A stretch of 64,000 bases of DNA from Candidatus Omnitrophota bacterium (GCA_028870995.1 JAGWOI010000002.1:46463-110462), one strand, 5' to 3'. Shown: positions 1 to 13,164, counted from the stretch's first letter. Notes: generated from the letters alone by a model not told the origin. Program-made: numbers and translations.

Positions 1-490
1 TGCGCTTTAAAAGGCCGCTGATGTCTATCCCCAGGGCCTTGCCTTCCCGGCGGCGCATGCCGGACACCTCGGTCACGGCTTTGTGCAATGATTTCTCCAG
101 GGCCGGCCAAACTTCCGCAGGCTGCACGAAAACCTCCCTGGCTTCGACCACCCCGGGCAGGCGCATGATGTCCCTGACGGCAATGTCATTTTTCAAATGG
201 TGCCGGTGGCTCAAGGCCCTGGCGAAATCCAGGTAGCGTTTGACAGCCCCCTGGTTTAACGTTATCTCGGTATGCGGCCTCTCTGTGATTTTAACGGATA
301 CCGTGACCCGGCCCCGTTTGATGCTCCGGGCGATTATTTTCTGGATCTTGTCCTCCAGTGACGAAAACCCCGACGGAAGATAAAATGCCACATCCAGGTA
401 GCGGTGATTGACGGTCTTGACCTCGACGATCCCCTTGACCTTGCCGAAACTGATCTCCCCTGCGCCGAATCCTGTCATGCCTGTGATCAT
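1..490 (-). CDS. yicC: YicC/YloC family endoribonuclease (5' part; runs off window start)
   Basis: Not in ORF track. Manual translation from ATG at 490 gives MITGMTGFG...EVKTVNHRYLDV...KRGRV...MRRREGKAL, the YicC N-terminal signature. Confidence 0.9.
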   Translation of the reverse strand, partial: MITGMTGFGAGEISFGKVKGIVEVKTVNHRYLDVAFYLPSGFSSLEDKIQKIIARSIKRGRVTVSVKITERPHTEITLNQGAVKRYLDFARALSHRHHLKNDIAVRDIMRLPGVVEAREVFVQPAEVWPALEKSLHKAVTEVSGMRRREGKALGIDISGLLKR

Positions 491-524
491 GCCTGTTCCC
501 TTCCTTAAAATTTACCAAATGCCC

Positions 525-974
525 TTACGCCAACAGCTCGCTTTTCCTAAACCATAGCTTGATTTCCCGCCGGGCTTCCTTGACATCCGACGAGACATGG
601 ACCAAATTTTCGAACACCCCCTTGGTGGTCACCCTGCCGAACTTACCGCGCACGGACTTGGGGTCAGCCGCCTCGGGGTTGGTGGCACCGGCGATGCGGC
701 GGCACTTGGCTATCGCGTCGGGCCCTGTGTAGACCATGGCCACGACGGGGTTATTGCCGTGCAGCTTGCCCATGAGATAATCAACGATCTCAGCAAAAAA
801 TGTTTGGCCGCGCAGATGCCCATAATGGGCCCGCGCGAGTTTCAAGGGAACCTGCACCAGCTTTAGCCCCACCAGCTTCAGGTCCCCAGCTGAAAACAGG
901 CTGATCACCTCGCCGGCCACGGCTTTTTGCAAGCCGTCGGGTTTGATCAGGACTAATACGGATTGCGGCGTCAT
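525..974 (-). CDS. ndk: Nucleoside diphosphate kinase
   Basis: LVLIKPDG, GATNP, SVRGKFG and NLVHVSSD (catalytic His) motifs. Confidence 0.96.
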   Translation of the reverse strand: MTPQSVLVLIKPDGLQKAVAGEVISLFSAGDLKLVGLKLVQVPLKLARAHYGHLRGQTFFAEIVDYLMGKLHGNNPVVAMVYTGPDAIAKCRRIAGATNPEAADPKSVRGKFGRVTTKGVFENLVHVSSDVKEARREIKLWFRKSELLA

Positions 975-1840
975 TTACGCAGCACCTCTAGAATGCGGTC
1001 GAGATCATCCAGGGTGTAATATTCGATCACCACTTTGCCCTTGCCCTTCTTATCTTCAATGAGGACCTTTGTCCCCAAAATTTTCCTAAGTTCTTCTTCC
1101 AGAATTTCAACATCGTGGTTTTTATTTTTTTCAACCGCTTTCTTAGCCGGTTGGTTTTGCCGGGAATTCTTGACTAAGTCCTCCACCTGCCGCACGGACA
1201 AACCTTTGTCGACGATAAGCTGGGCTATTTTTTTTTGAATCGAGACCTCTTCAATGCTTAATAAGGCGCGTGCGTGGCCCATGGAAATCCGGCCGTCAGC
1301 TACCTGTTTTTGAATTTCCTGAGGCAGGCGCAGCAAGCGCAAGAGATTGGTGACAGTGGAACGATCCTTACCAACAGCTTCCGCCACAGCCTCCTGAGTA
1401 AACTGGAACTCTTCCAGTAAACGTTTGAACCCCTGCGCTTCTTCAATGGCATTCAGTTCTTCTCGCTGAATATTTTCAACTAGAGCCAGAACCAGCGCTT
1501 CTCTGTCTGTGACATTTTTAATAATTACTGGAACTTGTTTCAAGCCAATGGCTTTTGCTGCTTTTAAGCGTCTTTCCCCTGCAACAACCTCATAGCCCTC
1601 TTTATATGAACGGACTAAAATGGGCTGCAAAATACCTTTTTCTTTGATTGAAGCTTTTAATTCTTCTTGCTTGGCTTGATCATAATTTTGGCGAGGCTGG
1701 AATCTGTTTTCCAGAATGGAAATTGTGTCAACATATGCAATGTTTTTTGAATTAATTTCCAGACTGGAAATTTCTTTACCTTCGGAAGGCTTTTTAGAAA
1801 TAAGGGCTGATAATCCTTTTCCTAAGGCTTTATTTTCCAT
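971..1840 (-). CDS. parB: ParB/Spo0J chromosome partitioning protein
   Basis: N-terminal ALGKGLSALI, QPR, AGERRLKAA, ENIQREELNAIEEA and an HTH; lies downstream of parA. Confidence 0.97.
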   Translation of the reverse strand: MENKALGKGLSALISKKPSEGKEISSLEINSKNIAYVDTISILENRFQPRQNYDQAKQEELKASIKEKGILQPILVRSYKEGYEVVAGERRLKAAKAIGLKQVPVIIKNVTDREALVLALVENIQREELNAIEEAQGFKRLLEEFQFTQEAVAEAVGKDRSTVTNLLRLLRLPQEIQKQVADGRISMGHARALLSIEEVSIQKKIAQLIVDKGLSVRQVEDLVKNSRQNQPAKKAVEKNKNHDVEILEEELRKILGTKVLIEDKKGKGKVVIEYYTLDDLDRILEVLRK

Positions 1841-1859
1841 GCTTTACTCTCCGGTTGGA

Positions 1860-2648
1860 CTAAATACTAAGCGGTTTTTTGGATGCCGCATTATTTATCA
1901 AAAATTCTTCAGCCAATTCTTTATACTTGACAGCCCCTATTGAGGCATTGTCATAAAAATTGATGGGTTTCCCAAAACTTGGCGCCTCACTTAGACGTAT
2001 ATTCCTGGGAATAATAGAGTTGTAGACTTTGTCCTTAAAATAATTCTTGATCTCCCCTATCACCTCATTAGTTAAATTGGTTCTAAAATCCGCCATGGTC
2101 ATTAATACGCCTTCAATATGAAGCTCTGGGTTTAGGCCATCTTTAACTAAAGAAATGGTATTTAAAAGCTGTGAGACCCCTTCAAGGGCATAAAATTCGC
2201 ATTGAATAGGGATCAAAATAGAATCAGCAGCCACCAGGGTGTTTAAAGTCAACAGGCCCAGGGATGGCGGCGAATCTATAAATATGAAATCATAATTGTT
2301 TTTTATGCTTTCCAGTGCTTTTTTAAGCCTGGTCTCTCTCGATAAAACACCAACCAACTCTATTTCAGCACCAGTTAAATTGATATTACAAGGAATGATA
2401 TCTAAGTTATCGTAGCTTGTTTTTATGAGTGCCTGTGCGGTGCCGATGCGGTGTATGAGGACATCATATAGTGATTCTTTAACTTCGTTTTTGTTGACAC
2501 CCACCCCGCTACTTGAGTTCCCCTGCGGATCCATGTCAACAATAAGTACCTTTTTACCTAAAGCGGCCAACGCGGAAGCCAGATTGACTGTTGTGGTCGT
2601 TTTACCCGTGCCGCCTTTTTGATTGCAGATAGCAACGGTTTTTGTCAT
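1860..2648 (-). CDS. parA: ParA/Soj ATPase
   Basis: NQKGGTGKTTT deviant Walker A, DMDPQGN, DSPPSLGLLT, IPRNIRLSEAPSFG. Confidence 0.97.
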   Translation of the reverse strand: MTKTVAICNQKGGTGKTTTTVNLASALAALGKKVLIVDMDPQGNSSSGVGVNKNEVKESLYDVLIHRIGTAQALIKTSYDNLDIIPCNINLTGAEIELVGVLSRETRLKKALESIKNNYDFIFIDSPPSLGLLTLNTLVAADSILIPIQCEFYALEGVSQLLNTISLVKDGLNPELHIEGVLMTMADFRTNLTNEVIGEIKNYFKDKVYNSIIPRNIRLSEAPSFGKPINFYDNASIGAVKYKELAEEFLINNAASKKPLSI

Positions 2649-2687
2649 CTTCCCCGCTCCCTCCTGCCCGGGCAGGCTGCCTATATT

Positions 2688-2703
2688 GGTTTCACGTGAA
2701 ACA
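2688..2703. promoter_or_regulatory. parS: parS centromere-like site
   Basis: GGTTTCACGTGAAACA matches the parS consensus TGTTTCACGTGAAACA at 15/16 positions and sits just upstream of parA. Confidence 0.9.
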
Positions 2704-2705
2704 TT

Positions 2706-2891
2706 CTACTTTAAGGATACCTTTATTTTGGCTGTTTTTGCCCCTTGCATACCAAAAAGACCACGCTTTTCTTCACAAACGATCTTTATGTTCAACCTGC
2801 TTTTTGGAACCCCCAGCTTTAAAGCAGCCTTGTTGATAGCTTCATCAATGGTGTTGCCTTCAAATTCGTTAACTTCCGCCTTGTCATCCAT
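2706..2891 (-). CDS. jag: Jag/EloR N-terminal domain-only protein
   Basis: FEGNTIDEAINKAALKLG...EEKRGLFG...AKIKV matches Jag_N; position downstream of yidC is canonical; no KH or R3H domain. Confidence 0.85.
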   Translation of the reverse strand: MDDKAEVNEFEGNTIDEAINKAALKLGVPKSRLNIKIVCEEKRGLFGMQGAKTAKIKVSLK

Positions 2892-2892
2892 A

Positions 2893-4485
2893 TTAAGTTT
2901 TGGGCCGCTTGGAAAGTCTCCATTGCGTTGTTGTCGCTAAAGAATAATAAACTAAAAAGTACAGGGCCCAGGCACTGGCGAACTTGTAAAACATAAAGGT
3001 CATCATAACAGGCAAAATGTACATCATCATTTTTTGCTGCATGGCCTGTTGTTCATCTGTGACAACAACGTTTTTACTGGAAATTCTTTGTTGCAAGTAG
3101 AAAAGCCCCCCTGTTATGATCGGTAATATATTAAATTCATTGCCCACAAAAGGCAAATAAAAAGGAAGAATTATCAACCGGTCTGGCTGTGTCAAATCTT
3201 TGATCCATAAAAAATGCTGCCCCTGGAAATACTGCGCTCTCCACATGATCTGCAACAAAGCATAAAAAAATGGCATTTGGATCAAAAACGGCAGGCACCC
3301 GCTCATGGGATTGATCTTTTCCCGTCGATAAATCTCCATCATCTCTGCCTGAGCTTTTTGAGGATCATTCTTATGCCGCTCTTGCAAAGCTTTAATTTTA
3401 GGCTGTATTTCCTGCATTTTACGCATGGAAAGCATGCTTTTCATGGTCAACGGATAGGTCAACCCATAAAAAGTTATGCCAATCAAAATGATGGCAATGC
3501 CCCAATTTTTGAAAATAAGATGAAAAATATAAATTGCGTGATAAATAAGCTGCGCCGGCCATTCATAAATCCAGTATTTACTAAATATGACTATATTTTC
3601 AAAACCGCTGCCATATTTCTTCATTAGCCAACGATCTTGCGGTCCAGCGTAAATACTAAAATTATAAACAACGCTCTCCCCTGGTCCCAATTTTTTTTCA
3701 GGGGCTTTTATGTAAATGCTTAATTTCTTATCACTTTCACTCTTAATATCACATGCGGCCGTATCAAATTCCGGCTTTATGATGACCGCATCATAATGAT
3801 CCCTAAATCCAACCCAGCCTATTTTGGCAGATTTACTCAAATTGTTTTTATCATTAAATTTAGTGGCATTGTCTCGGCGAACCAAAAATCCTTTGTGTAA
3901 ATACACCGAATACTCGTCAAGATTGTTTTCCCTATTGTTTTGACTGAGCAAATTTGAATCATCTATTTTAAAAGATTTGAAAACAAAATTTTTCAGAATG
4001 GAAATTTCTGAAATATTTTTAATTTCCATTCTGACACTCAAAGTGTTTTGATCTTTAATTTGGTAGGTCTTTGTAATTTTCCAATCTTTGTCTTGATAGA
4101 AAAAGGAAACTTCTTTGTTATCAATTTGTTGTCCTTTAAAAACGACATTACCAAATCCACTAAGGCTAATTACGTCTGTCAGCGGTAGGGGATTGCTGCC
4201 TAAAAATTTGGTATTGTGGAGTAATCCACCCACTTTTGAGAATGAAAAAATTGATTTGTGGGTTTTAATGGTGTAATCGTCTGTCTTTTTTACCTCAGAA
4301 GTGGTTGTTTCGTTTAATTTTTTGGGCTGACTTTCTTTAATGTTTTCTTCATTTATAACTTCATTTTTTTGAGTAAGTTGTGATTTATTTAGCGTATGAA
4401 GCGGTTTAGGAGCTACAAATAAGGCTTGATAGGTAAATAAGAGTGCGGCAGATAACAGAATAGCTACAAGAGTATTACGTTCCAT
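2893..4485 (-). CDS. yidC: Membrane protein insertase YidC
   Basis: N-terminal TM, large periplasmic domain, NWGIAII...YPLT, KINPMSGCLPFLIQMP, FLWIKDL. Confidence 0.96.
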   Translation of the reverse strand: MERNTLVAILLSAALLFTYQALFVAPKPLHTLNKSQLTQKNEVINEENIKESQPKKLNETTTSEVKKTDDYTIKTHKSIFSFSKVGGLLHNTKFLGSNPLPLTDVISLSGFGNVVFKGQQIDNKEVSFFYQDKDWKITKTYQIKDQNTLSVRMEIKNISEISILKNFVFKSFKIDDSNLLSQNNRENNLDEYSVYLHKGFLVRRDNATKFNDKNNLSKSAKIGWVGFRDHYDAVIIKPEFDTAACDIKSESDKKLSIYIKAPEKKLGPGESVVYNFSIYAGPQDRWLMKKYGSGFENIVIFSKYWIYEWPAQLIYHAIYIFHLIFKNWGIAIILIGITFYGLTYPLTMKSMLSMRKMQEIQPKIKALQERHKNDPQKAQAEMMEIYRREKINPMSGCLPFLIQMPFFYALLQIMWRAQYFQGQHFLWIKDLTQPDRLIILPFYLPFVGNEFNILPIITGGLFYLQQRISSKNVVVTDEQQAMQQKMMMYILPVMMTFMFYKFASAWALYFLVYYSLATTTQWRLSKRPKT

Positions 4486-4489
4486 TGGT

Positions 4490-4735
4490 TTACCTTACTG
4501 GGTCGTACCCGCCCTGGGTTATGGGAGAGCAACGCAAGATTCTAAGGATGGCTTTTTTTATCCCGGTCCAAACACCAAACCGTTCAATGGCTTCGATGGC
4601 ATACTGAGAGCATGAGGGATAGAAACGGCAGTGTCTGTGGCACACGGCCCGGCTTAAAAACTGGTAGGTTTTGATGCCTGAAACCAGGGTCTTCACCACA
4701 AGGCCTGGCTGCTTCGACGTTGCGCTGGATGTCAT
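4490..4735 (-). CDS. yidD: Membrane protein insertion efficiency factor YidD
   Basis: CRFYPSCSQYAIEAI...RILRCSP...GGYDPV. Confidence 0.95.
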   Translation of the reverse strand: MTSSATSKQPGLVVKTLVSGIKTYQFLSRAVCHRHCRFYPSCSQYAIEAIERFGVWTGIKKAILRILRCSPITQGGYDPVR

Positions 4736-4754
4736 GAAAAAGCCTGCGAGATTT

Positions 4755-4892
4755 TTAGGGGATAAGCTTACGACGGCCTTTGGCGCGGCGGCGGCTGAGA
4801 ACCTTTCTGCCGTCGGCAGTGGCCATGCGCTTACGAAATCCGTGTCTTTTTTTCCCTACGATATTGGTCGGTGTTTTTAAATGCTTCTTCAT
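4755..4892 (-). CDS. rpmH: 50S ribosomal protein L34
   Basis: 45 aa from ATG 4892: [29 protein letters not shown]. The track's 107-aa version is over-extended. Confidence 0.95.
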   Translation of the reverse strand: MKKHLKTPTNIVGKKRHGFRKRMATADGRKVLSRRRAKGRRKLIP

Positions 4893-4950
4893 TAAATTCG
4901 CTTTCTTAAATGAGTTATGCCGCTTTGAAAACGGCTGTTTTAGTTCGGAG

Positions 4951-4978
4951 ATTATAACACAGGAACGGATCAAGTCAA
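4951..4978 (-). promoter_or_regulatory. Putative sigma70 promoter of rpmH
   Basis: Minus strand TTGACT-N16-TATAAT. Confidence 0.6.
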
Positions 4979-5072
4979 CAAAAAGAGTCAACGATGTGCC
5001 CGGCAAAGCAATAGGGAATATGTTTTTTGACGGCAAAAAGGCCTTCAACGGCTTGGGGTTGAGAAAAAACGG

Positions 5073-5100
5073 TTGCAATCAAACAGGGCTTTGTTATAAT
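5073..5100 (+). promoter_or_regulatory. Putative sigma70 promoter of dnaA
   Basis: TTGCAA-N16-TATAAT with an extended TG. Confidence 0.55.
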
Positions 5101-5155
5101 GCCCATCGAACTTCAGCAAAATCAATACAGCCGTGAACCAACGGCTGTATTTATT

Positions 5156-5175
5156 TCATCCACAGCTGTGAATAA
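5156..5175. promoter_or_regulatory. Inverted pair of DnaA boxes upstream of dnaA
   Basis: TCATCCACA (5156-5164) and TGTGAATAA (5167-5175), each one mismatch from TTATCCACA or its complement. Confidence 0.7.
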
Positions 5176-5178
5176 CCT

Positions 5179-6525
5179 GTGATCTCGTCTGAAATGACAT
5201 TAATTGACGTCTGGCAGAAAGCCCAAAAACCCATCCGCACCACCATCGGCGAAACTTCCTACGACACCTGGTTTTCCCATCTGAAAATTTGCGAAAACAA
5301 TCCCGGCGTCTTGACCATCCAGGCCCCGGACGAATATTTCAAAAATTGGATCGATGAGCGCTACCGCACCATCATCGAACGGTGCCTGCGCACGGAAGCG
5401 GGGCAGGGGGTCAACATTGAGTTCGCGGTCAACGCCGAGCTGCTCAATAAAAACACCCAGCAAAAATTAACCCTGATCGAAAAGTCCTTTGCCCCGGCAG
5501 ACAAGAACCTGAATTTAAACCCCCGTTTTCTGTTTGAAAACTTTGTAGTCGGCGCCGGCAACCGTTTTGCCTTTGCCGCGGCCCAGGCCGTTGCCGAAAA
5601 CCCGGCCAAGGCCTACAACCCGTTTTTCATTTACGGACCGGTGGGGCTTGGCAAAACGCACCTGTTGCAGGCCATCTCCCATGAGGCGCAGCGCAAAAAT
5701 CCGAATTTAAAAATTTGCTACCTTTCATCCGAGCAGTTTACCAATGAACTCATCAATTCCATCCGCCATCATTCCGCCGAAAGTTTTCGGCAAAAATACC
5801 GCCACGTCGACATCCTCTTGATCGACGACATTCATTTTATCGCCGGTAAAATGTCCACCCAGGAAGAATTTTTCCATACGTTCAATACGCTCCACGATCA
5901 CCATAAACAGATCATCATTTGTTCGGACCGGCCGCCCAAGGAGATTTCGAATCTGGAGGAGCGGTTGGTGTCGAGATTCGCCTGGGGACTCGTCACCGAC
6001 ATCCAGCCGCCCGATTATGAAACACGGGTGGCTATTTTGCGCAAAAAACTGGAATTGGAGTCTGTAACCGTTCCGGATGATGTGCTACTATTTATAGCCC
6101 AAGAGATCAAGACCAACATCCGGGAACTGGAAGGCGCGCTCATCCGGGTCGTTGCCTATTCTTTATTGGAAGATAAAATGATTTCTTTGAACCTGGCCAA
6201 GCAGGTTTTGAAAGACATGGTCAAGGAAACCATCAAAACCATCAGTGTGGATATGGTTCAAAAAGAGGTGGCAGTCTATTACAATGTTCCCTTGGTTGAT
6301 TTGAAAAATAAAAAGCGTAATAAGAATGTGGTGGTGCCGCGGCAGGTGGCGATGTACTTGACGCGTAAATTGACTACCCATTCGTTACCTGAAATCGGTG
6401 CTGCTTTTGGCGGCAAGGACCACACCACCGTCTTACATGCTTATAAAAAAATAGAAAAAGATTTGATCAATAATTCTGATATTAAAAAGGCCGTTGATTA
6501 TTTAAACAGCATCCTATTGCAATAG
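5179..6525 (+). CDS. dnaA: Chromosomal replication initiator DnaA
   Basis: [55 protein letters not shown]. Start may be ATG 5194. Confidence 0.99.
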   Translation: MISSEMTLIDVWQKAQKPIRTTIGETSYDTWFSHLKICENNPGVLTIQAPDEYFKNWIDERYRTIIERCLRTEAGQGVNIEFAVNAELLNKNTQQKLTLIEKSFAPADKNLNLNPRFLFENFVVGAGNRFAFAAAQAVAENPAKAYNPFFIYGPVGLGKTHLLQAISHEAQRKNPNLKICYLSSEQFTNELINSIRHHSAESFRQKYRHVDILLIDDIHFIAGKMSTQEEFFHTFNTLHDHHKQIIICSDRPPKEISNLEERLVSRFAWGLVTDIQPPDYETRVAILRKKLELESVTVPDDVLLFIAQEIKTNIRELEGALIRVVAYSLLEDKMISLNLAKQVLKDMVKETIKTISVDMVQKEVAVYYNVPLVDLKNKKRNKNVVVPRQVAMYLTRKLTTHSLPEIGAAFGGKDHTTVLHAYKKIEKDLINNSDIKKAVDYLNSILLQ

Positions 6526-6688
6526 TGTGGATAAAAAATTCAGTTGTCCCAAACTTATCCACAGGTGTTAATAGCTGTAAGTTATTGAAAATACTGGTGA
6601 TTTTGTTTTTGATTCAACTTATCCACAACAACTAATAAGATTACTTCTATTTTTCGAAATTTAACCGTACAGTACTATATAAGGGCCT
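6526..6688. other. oriC: Replication origin oriC (dnaA-dnaN intergenic)
   Basis: Three perfect DnaA boxes (TGTGGATAA 6526-6534; TTATCCACA 6555-6563 and 6619-6627) followed by an AT-rich trinucleotide tract. Gene orientation diverges upstream of dnaA. Confidence 0.9.
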
Positions 6689-7783
6689 GTGAATATGAAA
6701 ATCAAAACCAATAAAGAAGAAATTCAAGCCGCAATTGCCACTGTCAGCAACATTGTTTCTCCCAAAGCAACCCTGCCGATATTATCTAACATGTTATTAG
6801 AGACTAAAGAAAGTTTATTAAAATTAAATACTACCGACCTTGATATAGGAATATCCTGTGAATTGCCTGTGCATGTGTATGAACAAGGGGCCATCACCAT
6901 TCCTGCTAAGCGATTTGGCGACATTGTGCGGGAATTGCCCAGCGGCGAAGTGGTTATTACCGCGCGCAAGAACAATCAGATCGATATAGAAGGGCTCAAT
7001 TGCCGTTTTAAGCTTAATGGTTTACCCAAGGAAGAGTTTCCCAAATTTCCTGAGTTTAAAGATAAAGATGCTGTTTTGATCAAGCAAAAAGATCTAAAAG
7101 AAATGATCGGGTTGACCCATTTCGCCGTTTCTTACGAGGAATCACGGTACGTCCTCAACGGCCTCCTATTGGAAGTGGCGGGTGATTTGGCAAGAATGGT
7201 GGCCACTGATGGCCGGCGCCTGGCTAAAATGGAAAAAAAATTAATACATCCTGCGTCCAGGGATTTCCATATCATCATTCCCATTAAAGCTATCAACGAA
7301 ATCAGCAGGAATTTAAAAGACGAGGGGCAGGTCAGCATCACCAATAGCAGCAACCAGGTGTTGTTCGATATTGACGGGGTTCTGATCGCCACGCGCATCA
7401 TCGAGGGGGAATTTCCTAATTATAAACAGGTCATCCCTAAAGAAAGCACCAACAAAGCCAAGGTCAAAACCCAGGACCTTTTATCTGCCATCCGCCGGGC
7501 CAATCTGCTCTCGACCCCGGATTTCCAGGCCATCAAATTCGAGCTTTTTAAGGATAAACTGGTGATTTCCAAGACCACGCCGGATGTGGGGGAGTCCAGG
7601 GAAGAGGTGTCGATCGAGTACGGCCAGCAGGAATTGATCGTGGGATTCAACCCGCAGTTTTTTATCGACGTGCTCAAGAATATCAACGAAGAGTATGTGC
7701 CAATGGAATTTTTAGGCCCCGACAAGCCTTGTGTGCTGCGGATCAAAGAGTACTTGTATTTAGCCCTTCCCATGAGATTATAA
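6689..7783 (+). CDS. dnaN: DNA polymerase III beta sliding clamp
   Basis: LPILSN, TTDLD, ESRYVLNG, VATDGRRLA, IEGEFPNY, C-terminal LPMRL. Start may be ATG 6695. Confidence 0.98.
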   Translation: MNMKIKTNKEEIQAAIATVSNIVSPKATLPILSNMLLETKESLLKLNTTDLDIGISCELPVHVYEQGAITIPAKRFGDIVRELPSGEVVITARKNNQIDIEGLNCRFKLNGLPKEEFPKFPEFKDKDAVLIKQKDLKEMIGLTHFAVSYEESRYVLNGLLLEVAGDLARMVATDGRRLAKMEKKLIHPASRDFHIIIPIKAINEISRNLKDEGQVSITNSSNQVLFDIDGVLIATRIIEGEFPNYKQVIPKESTNKAKVKTQDLLSAIRRANLLSTPDFQAIKFELFKDKLVISKTTPDVGESREEVSIEYGQQELIVGFNPQFFIDVLKNINEEYVPMEFLGPDKPCVLRIKEYLYLALPMRL

Positions 7784-7786
7784 TCA

Positions 7787-8050
7787 ATGGATCCGATCAA
7801 AGATATCGTAGCGCAGATCATGGGACAGATGTCGTCGCATACTTTTTTGGGCGACATCCAGTCTGCATGGGAAAGAATAGCCCAGGATAAGCACAGCAAG
7901 GCGGTTGGTTTTAAGGAGGGGTGCTTGACGGTCAGCGCCCAAAATTCGCTGTGCCTGGTTAGGTTGAATTTAAACAGGGAAAAACTTTTGAAGGATATTC
8001 GGAAGGAATTCCCGTCGGTAATAAAGATCAATTTCAAAGCAGGCAGGTAA
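7787..8050 (+). CDS. dciA: DciA/DUF721 family protein
   Basis: W..I...HSKAVGFKEGCLTVSAQNS pattern; located between dnaN and gyrB. Confidence 0.75.
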   Translation: MDPIKDIVAQIMGQMSSHTFLGDIQSAWERIAQDKHSKAVGFKEGCLTVSAQNSLCLVRLNLNREKLLKDIRKEFPSVIKINFKAGR

Positions 8051-10510
<2,460 letters not shown>

Positions 10511-10527
10511 TAGAAAGGTATTCTTTC

Positions 10528-12984
10528 ATGTCACGCGATTTGAACAAAAAAGAACGCATCATCCCGGTTTATATCGAAGAGGAGATGAAGAACTCCTATC
10601 TCTCCTATTCCATGTCGGTTATCGTTGGAAGGGCGCTTCCGGATGTGCGCGACGGCCTCAAGCCGGTGCACCGCCGCATTTTGTACGCCATGAAGGAGCT
10701 TAACCTCGAGCACAACAAGCCTTACAAAAAAAGCGCGCGTATCGTCGGTGAAGTGTTGGGCAAATACCATCCGCACGGCGACACCGCCGTCTACGACACC
10801 ATGGTGCGCATGGTGCAGGACTTTTCGTTGCGTTATCCACTGATCGATGGGCAGGGGAATTTCGGCTCCATCGACGGCGATGCGGCGGCGGCCATGCGGT
10901 ACACAGAAGCCCGCATGGACGCGGTGGCCGAGGAGATGCTCAACGACATCGAGAAGCAGACGGTGGACTTCAGCCCCAACTTCGACGGCTCCCTGGAAGA
11001 ACCGGACATTTTGCCCGGACTTGTCCCCAACCTTTTGGTCAATGGATCCTCCGGGATCGCGGTGGGCATGGCCACCAACATGGCGCCTCACAATTTAGGG
11101 GAAGTGGTGGACGGCATCGTGCACCTGCTGGACAACCCGGAGGCCTCGATCAAAGAACTGACCAAATTCGTCAAGGGGCCGGATTTTCCGACGGGTGGGA
11201 TCATCTGCGGACGGGAAGGGTTTATTGATGCGTACAACAACGGCCGCGGCAAGGTCACCATCCGCGCCCGTGCCAGCATTGAACAGCAGAAAGGCAACCG
11301 GGAGGCGATCATCATCACCGAGATCCCCTACCAGGTCAATAAGGCCAACCTGATCACGGCCATCGCGGATTTGGTGCAGAACAAGCAGGTCGACGGCATA
11401 ACGGATATCCGCGATGAAAGTGACAAGGACGGCATCCGTGTGGTCATTGAATTGCGCCGTGACGTGGACGCCAACATCGTTTTAAACTACCTTTATAAAC
11501 ATACCCAAATGGAAATTACTTTTGGGATCATTAATCTGGCGCTGGTCAATAAATCGCCCAAGGTTTTGAACCTGAAACAGCTGATGGGTCATTATATTTC
11601 CCATCGCCGCCTGGTCATCCGCCGGCGCACCCAGTTCGATCTGGACAAGGCCCTGCGCCGTGCCCATATCCTGGAAGGCTTGAGGATCGCCTTCAAGCAC
11701 CTGGACGAGATCATCAAGACCATACGGGCTTCCAAGACCACCCAGGACGCCAAGGAGGCCCTGGTCAGGAAGTTTGAGCTTACGGAGGTCCAGGCCCAGG
11801 CCATCCTGGAAATGCAGCTGCAGCGCCTGGCCGCCCTTGAACGCGACAAAATAGAGGCGGAATACCAGCAGCTGTTGAAAGACATCGACAATTACCGCGC
11901 GATTTTGGCTTCGGAAAAACGGGTGGACGCGATCATCAAGGACGAGTTGATGGAATTGAAGAAAAAATATGCGGACGAGCGCCGCACCGAAATCGCCGCC
12001 AAGGCCGAAGACATAGAGATCGAAGACATGATCGCCGACGAGGATATGGCCATCACCATCAGCAACAAGGGCTATATCAAGCGCTTGTCGGTGGACGCCT
12101 ACCGTTCCCAGAAACGCGGGGGTAAGGGCGTTACAGCGCAGACCCTCTCCGAGGAGGATTTCGTGGAGCGCATGTTCGTGGCCTCATCCAAGGATTTTTT
12201 GCTCATTTTCTCCAATTCCGGCGCGGTGCGCTGGCTTAAGGTGTATGAAATCCCCGTGGCCTCACGCGCGGCCAAGGGCAAGGCCATCGTGAACCTGCTT
12301 TCCTTCAAGCCCGAGGAGAAGATCAGCGCCATTGTCGCGGTCAAGGAGTTCAGGGAAGACCAATTCCTGGTGTTCGCCACAAGCCAAGGCCTGGTCAAAA
12401 AGACCAAGGTTTCGGCGTACAACAATCCGCGCAAAGGCGGCATTGTCGGCATTGGCCTTGAAAAGGGCGATGAGCTGATCGGGGTGGGGTTGAGCAACGG
12501 CAAGGAAGATGTGCTTTTGGCCACCCGCGAGGGGATCTCGCTGCGTTTTCCCGAAAAACAATTGCGTGATATGGGCCGCTCCGCCAAGGGGGTGCGCGGG
12601 ATCAATCTGGAAAAAGGGGACTTTGTCGTCGGCATGCTGGTTTTTGCGCCGGACATCGACAAGACCGGTGCCAAGCTTCTGACGGTCTGTGAATTGGGCT
12701 ATGCCAAGCGCTCCGATTTCACCGATTACCGCACGCAGTCCCGCGGCGGCAAGGGCATCATCAACGTGAAACTTACCGACAAGAACGGGCCGGTGGTGGG
12801 GGTTATGGCGGTTTGTGACGGCGATGAAATCATGGCGGTGACGAAGAAGGGCATGGTGGTGCGCTCGTCGCCTGCCGAAATCCGGGAAACCGGCCGCAGC
12901 GCCGTCGGCGTGCGCCTCATCTCGCTGGATCCGGGGGACAAGGTTTCTTCCATTGCCCACGTGGTCAGCCATGAAGAGGAGTAA
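10528..12984 (+). CDS. gyrA: DNA gyrase subunit A
   Basis: [31 protein letters not shown], GyrA-box QKRGGKG, C-terminal beta-pinwheel repeats. Confidence 0.99.
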   Translation: MSRDLNKKERIIPVYIEEEMKNSYLSYSMSVIVGRALPDVRDGLKPVHRRILYAMKELNLEHNKPYKKSARIVGEVLGKYHPHGDTAVYDTMVRMVQDFSLRYPLIDGQGNFGSIDGDAAAAMRYTEARMDAVAEEMLNDIEKQTVDFSPNFDGSLEEPDILPGLVPNLLVNGSSGIAVGMATNMAPHNLGEVVDGIVHLLDNPEASIKELTKFVKGPDFPTGGIICGREGFIDAYNNGRGKVTIRARASIEQQKGNREAIIITEIPYQVNKANLITAIADLVQNKQVDGITDIRDESDKDGIRVVIELRRDVDANIVLNYLYKHTQMEITFGIINLALVNKSPKVLNLKQLMGHYISHRRLVIRRRTQFDLDKALRRAHILEGLRIAFKHLDEIIKTIRASKTTQDAKEALVRKFELTEVQAQAILEMQLQRLAALERDKIEAEYQQLLKDIDNYRAILASEKRVDAIIKDELMELKKKYADERRTEIAAKAEDIEIEDMIADEDMAITISNKGYIKRLSVDAYRSQKRGGKGVTAQTLSEEDFVERMFVASSKDFLLIFSNSGAVRWLKVYEIPVASRAAKGKAIVNLLSFKPEEKISAIVAVKEFREDQFLVFATSQGLVKKTKVSAYNNPRKGGIVGIGLEKGDELIGVGLSNGKEDVLLATREGISLRFPEKQLRDMGRSAKGVRGINLEKGDFVVGMLVFAPDIDKTGAKLLTVCELGYAKRSDFTDYRTQSRGGKGIINVKLTDKNGPVVGVMAVCDGDEIMAVTKKGMVVRSSPAEIRETGRSAVGVRLISLDPGDKVSSIAHVVSHEEE

Positions 12985-13047
12985 TTCTCCTTGACGAAAA
13001 CAGGCGTCCTTTTATAATAACCACTCCAGTTAGGGTTGAACTTTCCC

Positions 13048-13121
13048 GACCCCATCGTCTAGCCTGGTTAGGACACGAGCTTTTCAAGCTCGCAGCACGG
13101 GTTCAAATCCCGTTGGGGTCG
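13048..13121 (+). tRNA. tRNA-Glu (anticodon TTC)
   Basis: Acceptor stem GACCCCA/TGGGGTC, anticodon arm CGAGC-TT TTC AA-GCTCG, T-loop GGTTCAAATCC. No encoded CCA. Upstream TTGACG-N16-TATAAT. Confidence 0.95.
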
Positions 13122-13164
13122 CTTTTCAAAATACCGTCCGTTATTTTCTTAAAGGAGACGCCCT

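Noticed and set aside
2663-2676. Palindrome CCTGCCCGGGCAGG in the parA leader
   Set aside because: Single GC-rich copy, not seen recurring as a REP-like family in this window.
4893-5078. N-terminal extension of rpmH, or a hidden rnpA
   Set aside because: The region holds divergent promoter elements, and its translation has no RnpA motif.
13048-13121. tRNA-Glu as integration site of a genomic island carrying the tad locus
   Set aside because: No integrase and no duplicated tRNA 3' end seen in the window; housekeeping mdh follows.
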